Of a stretch of DNA of 64,000 nucleotides, positions 46,573 to 54,900 are shown piece by piece; positions within the stretch are counted from its first letter, which is position 1, and each line of letters starts with the position of its first letter. This DNA is from Bacillota bacterium. Its GTDB lineage: Bacteria; Bacillota; Dethiobacteria; DTU022. The notes under the pieces were generated by a model. It was given only the letters and a program-made list of their open reading frames with translations, ran no database searches and was not told the origin of the DNA. A program made the position numbers and the translations under genes. The stretch lies in NCBI GenBank assembly GCA_046483445.1, contig JAWODD010000008.1, forward strand, positions 752 to 64,751, read 5' to 3'.

Positions 46573-47871
46573 ATGGAAAGCTTTATTGTAAAAGGAAAAA
46601 CCAATTTAAACGGCAAAGTTAAAATTAGTGGATCAAAAAATACCGCTGTAGCAATTTTGCCGGCAGCGGTTTTAACGGCTGAAACAGTTTACCTGGATAA
46701 TTTGCCCGATATAACCGATGTGCGCACGATGACGGAAATTCTTGAAACCTTAGGAGTTTCGATCCGCAGACGTGGCAGGAATTCGGTGGAATTAACCCCG
46801 GCTAACCTCTCAAAAATTGCTCCATCATATGAACTGGTTAAAAAAATGAGGGCATCCTATTATTTTATGGGCAGCCTTCTGGGCCGGTTTGGTCGGGCGG
46901 AAGTGCCGCTTCCCGGGGGGTGCGAGCTGGGGCCCCGCCCAATCGATCAACACCTTAAAGGATTTTCTGCCCTGGGAGCCGAGATTAACATAGAGCATGG
47001 CATGATTCACTTATCCGCAGAGAAGCTTACCGGGGCGCATATTTATCTTGACGTGGTTAGTATAGGCGCAACTATAAACTTGATGCTTGCCGCTGTCGCA
47101 GCTGAAGGCAGAACCGTGTTGGAGAATGTGGCTAAAGAGCCCGAAATAGTGGACCTTGCAAACTTCTTGAATGCTATGGGAGCAACAGTAAGGGGTGCAG
47201 GAACAGATGTGATGCGAATTGATGGAACTAAAACTTTTAAAGGGGTCAGGCATGCTATTATTCCAGATAGAATTGAAGCCGGTACTTTTATGCTTGCTGC
47301 AGCCGCGACCAAAGGAAATGTTACTGTTGAAGAGGTGATCCCCAAACACCTTGAAGTGATCACTGCAAAACTAAAGGAGACAGGTGCAAACGTTACAGTA
47401 GAACCCGAAAGAATTAATGTTAAAGTGAACAGGCCTCTGAAATCTTCCGATCTAAAAACATTTCCTTATCCTGGGTTTCCAACGGATCTACAGCCTCCCG
47501 GAATGGTTTTATTGACCGCCGCGAAAGGTTTAAGTGTAGTAACTGAAAATGTATTTGACGGACGTTATAACCAGGTTGATGAACTTAAAAGAATGGGTGC
47601 CAAAGTTAAGGTAGAAGGAAGAACTGCCCTGGTGGAAGGCGGTCAAGCTTTATCCGGAGCGCCTGTTTCCGTGTCCGATTTGAGATCAGGAGCCGCGTTG
47701 ATGATTGCTGCGCTGATGGCTGACGGAGAAAGCCGGATCAGCGAGGTAGAGCATATTGATCGCGGCTATGAAAATTTTGAACAAAAATTGATTCAGTTGG
47801 GAGCATCGATTAAACGGGTTAGTGTAGATAATTATACTCAGCTTTCAGACAGCCAAGATTCAACCGCTTAA
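46573..47871 (+). CDS. murA: UDP-N-acetylglucosamine 1-carboxyvinyltransferase
   Basis: ISGSKNTAVAILPAA and LPGGCELGPRPID (active-site Cys), with full-length similarity to MurA. Confidence 0.95.
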   Translation: MESFIVKGKTNLNGKVKISGSKNTAVAILPAAVLTAETVYLDNLPDITDVRTMTEILETLGVSIRRRGRNSVELTPANLSKIAPSYELVKKMRASYYFMGSLLGRFGRAEVPLPGGCELGPRPIDQHLKGFSALGAEINIEHGMIHLSAEKLTGAHIYLDVVSIGATINLMLAAVAAEGRTVLENVAKEPEIVDLANFLNAMGATVRGAGTDVMRIDGTKTFKGVRHAIIPDRIEAGTFMLAAAATKGNVTVEEVIPKHLEVITAKLKETGANVTVEPERINVKVNRPLKSSDLKTFPYPGFPTDLQPPGMVLLTAAKGLSVVTENVFDGRYNQVDELKRMGAKVKVEGRTALVEGGQALSGAPVSVSDLRSGAALMIAALMADGESRISEVEHIDRGYENFEQKLIQLGASIKRVSVDNYTQLSDSQDSTA

Positions 47872-48285
47872 ACTCTCAAGGAGATACCCACTCTATCCAT
47901 ACCTCTATCCATACCAATGATGAAAAATGTATTGTTTTTGGTTTTCTTGGTCTTGAGATATGCAATCAAGAACAACATCAAAAAGAGTATGGTAGAAATA
48001 CTTAAATAGGTTGAAGAGAATATGCATAAAGATAAATTTGCTGATGGTCTATTTCAATAGGGCTGGCCGGTGTGCTTTCCTGGAAACAAGGGGAAGAAGT
48101 TATATTTTAAGATCAAAGGCGCCGAAGGTTTTATGCATGGTTAATCCTTGCCGCATTCATAAAAGGTAATAAAATAATGTCTATTTGGAATATTGCTAAT
48201 AGACTTCTTAGCATTGTGCTTGCTATTATATAAGAGCAAGATAAAAAAGAGAATTCGGGTCAACTACTTATCAGGGAGAAAGCAT

Positions 48286-48326
48286 GGTTGCGCCTCTTGC
48301 ATAAACTTTTGATAAGAGGCGCAACC
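48286..48326 (+). other. 13-bp perfect stem-loop overlapping a 6-codon mini-ORF
   Basis: GGTTGCGCCTCTT-15 nt-AAGAGGCGCAACC. The mini-ORF ATG is at 48284 behind GGGAGA. Confidence 0.5.
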
Positions 48327-48395
48327 GCCTAGCTTAACCGGAAATATTGTGAAAAACGTAATTGGCACGCTCATTCGTAGAAAGGAGGGACAACT

Positions 48396-48830
48396 ATGAG
48401 AGTAATATTTCTTATGCTGGCACTACTGCTTGGCTTAGGTATTGCTGGAGCGGCAATGATCAATAATGAGGTTGTTACTGTAAATTATTTTTTTGGCCAG
48501 GTTAGCCTTACCCTGTTTATGCTAATCCTTGGTTCCGCTCTTGCAGGCGCAATGTTTATGGGTTCACTGGGTATTTTTCGCGGCATCAATAATTATATGA
48601 ATTCTCAGGGGGATCGCGGCCTTAAAAAAGAGCTGCAGAACCGCGTAAAAATACTGGAAGATGAGAAGAAAAAGATGGAAGATGAATTAAGAAAGCAGCA
48701 TAAAGAACGTGAAGAAGCCGCTGCGAAAGCGTATGACGCTTTAGAGGATGAGAAGAGCAAACTGGAAGATGAGTTGAGAAAACAACAAAAAGATCATGAA
48801 GACAAGGTTGCGAAAATGCACAATCGTTAA
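48396..48830 (+). CDS. LapA-domain (DUF1049) membrane protein with a charged coiled-coil tail
   Basis: Two TM segments with ...NNEVVTVNYFFGQVSL..., then a KILEDEKKKMEDELRKQ / LEDEKSKLEDELRKQ internal repeat. AAAGGAGGG RBS. Confidence 0.65.
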   Translation: MRVIFLMLALLLGLGIAGAAMINNEVVTVNYFFGQVSLTLFMLILGSALAGAMFMGSLGIFRGINNYMNSQGDRGLKKELQNRVKILEDEKKKMEDELRKQHKEREEAAAKAYDALEDEKSKLEDELRKQQKDHEDKVAKMHNR

Positions 48831-48924
48831 AAGTATGACAATTGGAGATGGAGATGCCTGGTTTGCTGCTGTCCGGTAAAAAAAGAGTATTCAGGGCGGT
48901 AGTACGGCAAGCATCTTGTAGATA

Positions 48925-49554
48925 ATGCAAGTGAGGGTTAATACAGTGATTGCATATAAACATTTGCCATTTATTTTGTTATTGTTTTTTATTATGCCAA
49001 CTACGATGTTGTGTAGTACGGTTGCGGAGGAGCCTGTATATGCTTACCGACAAAAAAAAGTGAGCATCGGGAGCCCTGCTTTTGATAAGTTTGAAAATGA
49101 TCCCGTGATGGAACTGCTAGGCGAAAATTTTGATGAAATCAAACAGGTGCTGGGAGAACCGGCTGCGCAGGGGTATAGTAGCTGGCTTGGTCCACATAAC
49201 TATATTCTTTATAGATCAAAACAAGGGGTTATTCAGTTTTGCTCACCTGAGAGCATGGACGATAAAGTTGCCATAAGCATTATTTTGGGACCAGGCCAAG
49301 AAGTTTTAGGTGCAAAGGTAGGAATGCGTTTCTCCGAGATAATGGCTGTTCTAGGCGCACCTGATCGCGGTCCTGAACTTGGCATGAACAACCTTTATTA
49401 TATGGACTACCATTTGGGAAAATTTAACCATCAAGTGCCGGAGATTATTATAAGCTTCTCTGCTGCTGATATTAATGGCTCCACCCAGGATGCATTCATT
49501 AAATGGGAAGCCTATGAATATAATCAAAGAGGTCAACTGCAAACAGCAAGATAG
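48925..49554 (+). CDS. secreted hypothetical protein
   Basis: N-terminal signal-like LPFILLLFFIMPTTMLCSTVA. No recognisable domain. Confidence 0.5.
   Translation: MQVRVNTVIAYKHLPFILLLFFIMPTTMLCSTVAEEPVYAYRQKKVSIGSPAFDKFENDPVMELLGENFDEIKQVLGEPAAQGYSSWLGPHNYILYRSKQGVIQFCSPESMDDKVAISIILGPGQEVLGAKVGMRFSEIMAVLGAPDRGPELGMNNLYYMDYHLGKFNHQVPEIIISFSAADINGSTQDAFIKWEAYEYNQRGQLQTAR
48967..49003 (+). repeat. 37-bp exact repeat, copy B
   Basis: Identical to 45932-45968. Here it encodes the signal-peptide core. Confidence 0.95.
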
Positions 49555-49638
49555 AAAAATTTGCGAAGGTTAAAAAGATGCATCGCCGTATAAGTTTTCA
49601 AGAGTGTATTATAAAATATTAAAATTAAGGAGGTGGTA

Positions 49639-49719
49639 ATGATTATGCGTAATATTATATATTTGATTGTACTGGTTGTAGTTGGTTATTTTGTCCTTAG
49701 CTTTTTTAACATTCTGTAA
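49639..49719 (+). CDS. 26-aa hydrophobic peptide (below the ORF-track cutoff)
   Basis: AAGGAGGTGG lies just upstream of the ATG. Translation: MIMRNIIYLIVLVVVGYFVLSFFNIL*. Confidence 0.45.
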   Translation: MIMRNIIYLIVLVVVGYFVLSFFNIL

Positions 49720-49765
49720 AATGGAGTAAGTTTGCTTAATTTGTTAAAGGAGGGGAACAGGATCC

Positions 49766-49930
49766 ATGAAATTTAAAAAAGGCAAAGGCGGTTTGGGACT
49801 TTTGTTGCTTGGTATATGGTTGATTGCAACGGGATTGCTGGCGTTATTACAGCTTAGCATCCCTTACTCAGATATTATCCTTGCTCTGCTGGCCATAGCT
49901 GCAGGGGTGTTGATCATTCTGAAGCATTAA
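49766..49930 (+). CDS. 54-aa two-TM membrane peptide (paralog 1)
   Basis: AAAGGAGGGG RBS. Translation: MKFKKGKGGLGLLLLGIWLIATGLLALLQLSIPYSDIILALLAIAAGVLIILKH*. Confidence 0.65.
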   Translation: MKFKKGKGGLGLLLLGIWLIATGLLALLQLSIPYSDIILALLAIAAGVLIILKH

Positions 49931-50132
49931 AGAAATGTTTATATATTTTGTTGTAGAATTAAATTTTTACTTTACAGCAATTACCATATATATCCTTGAT
50001 ATAGCATATTACATTAGCATCTACTTGCATTAAATGCCGGGAGATGCTAATGTATTCTTAAAGAACCGTACCGGTTTATTGGCAGAGAAGGATTTAAATA
50101 TCTTTCTATTTATTTTTAAGGAGGTTATAAAA

Positions 50133-50381
50133 ATGGGTATACTAGCCTGGATTGTAGTAGGAGCAATTGCAGGATGGCTGGCGAACCTGATCATCGGGGG
50201 CGGTGGTGGCTTGCTCGGCAGCATAATAATTGGTGTTATTGGCGCATTGGTCGGTGGCTGGCTTTTCACCTCAATACTGGGGCTTCCTTACGATGTCACC
50301 GGTATTAATCTGACCTCGATACTCGTAGCAACCACGGGTGCAATTGTTGTCTTGTTTATCGCCGGTTTGTTCAGGCGCTAA
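50133..50381 (+). CDS. GlsB/YeaQ/YmgE family stress-response membrane protein
   Basis: MGILAWIVVGAIAGWLANLI.GG...L..II.GVIGALVGGWLF signature. AAGGAGG RBS. The track start at 50034 is rejected. Confidence 0.8.
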   Translation: MGILAWIVVGAIAGWLANLIIGGGGGLLGSIIIGVIGALVGGWLFTSILGLPYDVTGINLTSILVATTGAIVVLFIAGLFRR

Positions 50382-50419
50382 CTGCTTCATGACAGGCTGG
50401 TTTATTAAGGAGGAAAAAT

Positions 50420-50587
50420 ATGGCTAGAAAAAGGAACTCAACAAAAGGCCTCGGAATGCTTTTACTGGGGATCTGGCTGATCCTGACTGGACTTATGCAG
50501 GTGGTTACCCTGCCAATCCCGGAAATGGGTCTTTTGATGGCAGTGCTTGCTATTGTTGCCGGAGTTTTTATCCTGCTGGGGCGTTAA
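50420..50587 (+). CDS. 55-aa two-TM membrane peptide (paralog 2)
   Basis: AAGGAGG RBS. MARKRNSTKGLGMLLLGIWLILTGLMQVVTLPIPEMGLLMAVLAIVAGVFILLGR* shares the GxxLLGIWLIxTGL...AIxAGVxIL pattern with 49766-49930. Confidence 0.65.
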   Translation: MARKRNSTKGLGMLLLGIWLILTGLMQVVTLPIPEMGLLMAVLAIVAGVFILLGR

Positions 50588-50668
50588 TCTTTCCGGTTTG
50601 TTTACCGCAGTCCTGCTTAAGACATACTGCTGCAAAGGTTTGCCAGGTTAAAGTGGTTTTTTCAAATT

Positions 50669-50693
50669 AAACGGCGGTATTTAACCGCCGTTT
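50669..50693. terminator. bidirectional Rho-independent terminator
   Basis: AAACGGCGGT-ATTTA-ACCGCCGTTT, with T-rich tracts on both strands. Confidence 0.75.
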
Positions 50694-50727
50694 AATAATA
50701 CCCACAAGTATCTAATCCCGGAAAAGG

Positions 50728-51504
50728 TTAGAAGGTATATTCCGCTACTACAGAAACCCTGACATTAACTTGGCCTGGTTCAATCGGTGTCGGTGCTCCG
50801 GCGTCGGCTTCATCCGCCATTTCTTCCTTGCGGACGCGGGAAGGAGTATAATCGCTTCTTTCTTCCCGGATACTGAAGATCCCGGTAATAGATTCTCCGG
50901 CGCCCTCAGCAATAGCCTCGGCTTTACGGGTAGCCTGTTCTGTTGCTTCGGCCAGGGCTTCTGTTTTTAAGTCTTGCGGGTCTTTCAGATCAAAACTAAT
51001 CTGGTTAACTCGGTTAGCTCCTGCATTAACGGCAGTGTCAATAATTTCACCAACCAGATCAATTTGATCTATGGTGATTTCAATTTCATTGGTAGCCTCG
51101 TAATAAACCGTCTCTGCGCTTTTAGCCTCTTCCTCTCTTTCAGGTTCCCTCATCTCACGTTCCGGATCCCGATCTTCCTTGTAACTGTGAAGGCGGTAAG
51201 AACCGGTTTTGATTTCATCTTCCGCCAAACCAAATTCCAGCAGCGCATCTCGCACAGCATTGGCCAGTTCGGCATTTTCATCGACAGCTTCTTCGGCAGA
51301 GGTGCTGCGGGTTTCAATTGACAAACTTATTTCTGCCATATCTGGTTCTGCCGAGATTTCAGCTTCTCCGTAGGCTTGAATAACCTGCGGTTCTTCACTG
51401 TTTCCGGTTTGATTTCCTTCACTGCCACAGCCGCCGACTAGCAGGGCGAAGACCGCCATGGATACCAGCACTGGGATGATAATACTTTTTTTGCCAAACA
51501 TCAT
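50728..51504 (-). CDS. SIMPL (DUF541) domain lipoprotein
   Basis: Lipobox LLVGGCGS. IQAYGEAEISAEPDMAEISLSIETR... is typical of the SIMPL family. Confidence 0.75.
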   Translation of the reverse strand: MMFGKKSIIIPVLVSMAVFALLVGGCGSEGNQTGNSEEPQVIQAYGEAEISAEPDMAEISLSIETRSTSAEEAVDENAELANAVRDALLEFGLAEDEIKTGSYRLHSYKEDRDPEREMREPEREEEAKSAETVYYEATNEIEITIDQIDLVGEIIDTAVNAGANRVNQISFDLKDPQDLKTEALAEATEQATRKAEAIAEGAGESITGIFSIREERSDYTPSRVRKEEMADEADAGAPTPIEPGQVNVRVSVVAEYTF

Positions 51505-51998
51505 TAAACCTCCTTACCTGTTAGCCTGAAATAGTTTCATTAATATAGACAGCAAACAGTCATAAAAAGTTTCATTAATGGCCAACCAGGTTTTTCTGTC
51601 CCTGATTTCATTATGAGTTTTTTAGTTATGGGATGCAAGCAAAAATTATTTGCGTATTCTGCATTAGATCTTCACGACCCTGTTGAACTGACCCCCGCAG
51701 TCGGCGGACTGATCCTGGTTAGCAGTAAACCGGGGCGCAGAACGGAATTCTATCTCCCCGGCAGGTAGTATTAATAGCAGGAAATTTATAGGTAGCATAC
51801 CAGCTGAAATATCTTTCTGCCCTGTAAACTTCAGTGTTATCAAAGTTTTCAATAACCATGCTCTTGTCATGCTGGCCGGTACATTGATCGTAGCTTTAAA
51901 TGCCCGGCTTTTACGCCGCGTTGACCTGAAACCGGAACTGATCTATGGTTTATGTTTACTATTATTAAAGGTGTCGTTCTTAGCTTACTCTCCCCTTC

Positions 51999-54900
51999 CT
52001 AGTTAACCTGCGGTAAAGCTCTTTCCACAGCCTGGTCTTCCCGACTCATCTTGCCAAGTGACAGGCGGTATTCCATTGGAAAGACTTTGATGAAAAAGGG
52101 CAAAGACTCTTCCCAGTTTTCCAGGAGAGACGCCGCTTTTTTACTTCCTGTATACAGGAGATGTCGTTGAAGCAGGGTTTTTAGCTCCAGGATATCTTCT
52201 TCCTCGGTGACCGTTTCCAGGTCAATCATTTCCAGGTTGCAGTTTGTGTCGAAGACACCATGACGGTCATAAATGTAAGCCAGCCCTCCGCTCATTCCCG
52301 CTCCGAAGTTAAGACCTGTGGGACCCAAAACTACCACCCGGCCGCCGGTCATATATTCGCAGCCGTGATCGCCAATTCCCTCAACCACGGCCAGGGCGCC
52401 GCTGTTGCGAATGGCAAAGCGCTCCCCGGCCATACCGGTGGCATAATATTCTCCCCCTGTAGCCCCGTAAAGGTTAACATTACCAGTTATAATGTTTTCG
52501 GAAGAATCGTAGCTGCTTCCACTGAAGGGTTTTAGCACAATCCGCCCCCCTGACAGACCTTTGCCCACGTAGTCATTGGCTTCTCCTTCCAGGTTCAGGG
52601 TTAGCCCCCGGGCGGCGAAAGCGCCAAAACTTTGCCCGGCCGAGCCCTTGAAATTAATGGTGATCGTTCCTTCGGGCAGGCCCTCATTGCTGTATTTGGA
52701 AGCTATGCGGTTTGAAATGATTGTTCCCACGGTACGGTGGTGGTTATAAATAGGCGAACTGACTGTAACCTTTTGTGCCGTTTCAATGGCCGGTTCAATC
52801 TCTGGCAGCAGCTTATAATCCAATGATTCCTCCAGCTGTGACGGTTGCGAAATGGTGCAGCGCGTTTCGCTGTCCGGGGCATCAGTTTTGAGAAGAATCC
52901 GGTTTAAATCCAGATTTTTTGTTTTCCAGAAGCTTATTTCCCGGTTTTGTTCAAGCAGGTCAACTCTGCCGACCAGCTCATCCACGGTGGCGATACCCAG
53001 CAAAGCCATAATTAAGCGCAGTTCTTCGGCTACGAAGAGCATGAAATTGCGGACATGTTCAGCTTTACCTTTGAAACGTTTGCGTAACTCGCTATCCATA
53101 GTGGCCACTCCTACCGGGCAGCGGTTGGTATGGCAGCTGCGTGTCATAACGCACCCGCAGGCTACCAGCGCAGCGGTGGCAAAGCCGAATTCTTCCGCAC
53201 CCAGCATTGCTCCGATTGCCACATCCCGCCCTGTTTTCAGGCCTCCGTCCACCTGCAGCCGAACCCTGCTGCGCAGGCCGTTCAAGACCAGGGTTTGATG
53301 AGCCTCGGTCAGGCCCAATTCCCAGGGTACTCCGGCGTGCTTGATCGAAGAAAGCGGAGCGGCACCTGTGCCGCCATCGTAGCCGCTGATCAATATCATA
53401 TCGGCTCGGGCTTTGGAAACCCCGGCTGCCACCGTGCCCACGCCTGCCTCGGAAACCAGCTTTACCGAAATCCTGCTTTGCGGGTTGGCGTTGTGCAGGT
53501 CGTAAATCAACTGGGCCAGGTCTTCAATCGAATAAATATCGTGGTGCGGTGGAGGCGAAATCAGGGTCACTCCAGGGGTGGAATACCTGACCCGGGCGAT
53601 CATTTTATCTACCTTGTGGCCGGGCAGCTGGCCTCCTTCACCGGGCTTGGCGCCCTGGGCGATCTTGATCTGAAGCTCCCTGGCGTTAGCCAGGTATTCG
53701 GCAGTTACCCCAAATCGTCCGCTGGCTACCTGTTTAATGGCACTGCTCAGGTTTTTACCGTCTGCCCGTGGTTTATAACGGTCCGTGTCTTCGCCACCTT
53801 CGCCGGAGTTGCTTTTACCGCCCAAGCTGTTCATTGTTTCGGCCAGGGTCTGGTGAGTTTCAGGGCTGATTGATCCGTATGACATGGCTCCGATTACAAA
53901 ACGCTTCACTATCTCAGCGGCCGGTTCAACTTTATCCAGGGCAATAGGAACAGCTTTCTTAAATTCCAGCAGGCCGCGCAGGGTTGATTGTGCTTTCAAT
54001 TGATTATTAATTATTTCGGAGTAGGCCATGAACTGTTCAAAATTGCCGGATCGCACGGAATGTTGTAGCAGTCTAACCGATTCCGGTTTCCAAAGGTGCC
54101 TTTCTCCGTCAAGCCGGTAGGCATACTGTCCTCCCGAAGGTAGCTGTCCGGTCTGATCAAAGGTATTCATAAAGTCTTGGTATTGGTCATAGCGCATACT
54201 TACTTCCCTGGCGATATCTTCCAATCCCAGCCCCTGGATACGGGAACTGGTGCCGATGAAATAGCGGTCAATCAGTTCATCGTTTAACCCAACCGCCTCA
54301 AAAACCTGGCCGTTGCGGTAACTGCGGAGGGTGGATATGCCAATCTTGGACATGATTTTGAGAATGCCCTTGCACGTCGCCTGTAAGTAGTTTTCCATCG
54401 CTTTCTGAGTGGATAGCTGCCGGCCGAGCATTGATTGTTCCGCCAGGTGCGCTACCGATTCAAAAGCCAGGTAAGGATTAATAGCGGAGGCCCCGTAACC
54501 TAAAAGCAGAGTCATATGCATTACTTCGCGAGGTTCGGCGCTTTCCACCAGAATACCGATCCCGGTGCGCAGGCGCTGGTCTGTCAGGTGCCTGTTTACC
54601 GCTGAAACCGCCAGAAGTGAAGGAATGGGGGCCATATTTATTTCAAGGTTGCGATCGGATAGTACGATCATCCCGCACCCGCTTCTTACGGCAGATTCTG
54701 CATCACTGCACAGCCGGCCCAGGGCTTCTTCCAGGTCTCCTCCGTTGCCCCCTGCCGGAAATTGCATGGTCAGTTTTGTACTGCGGAAGCCTTTTTCTTC
54801 AAGGCTGCAGAGCCGTTCGAGGTCTTCATTGGATAATATGGGCTGACTCAATTTGACCAGGTGGGCGTGCTGAGGCGATTCGCCAAGCAGGTTATCGGGG

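Noticed and set aside
51664-51998. ORF 51664..51870 (-), and a 45-aa plus-strand ORF (MLAGTLIVALNARLLRRVDLKPELIYGL...) downstream of gltB.
   Set aside because: Neither has an RBS or a recognisable family. The second could be a fragment of a membrane-protein gene, but the evidence is too thin.
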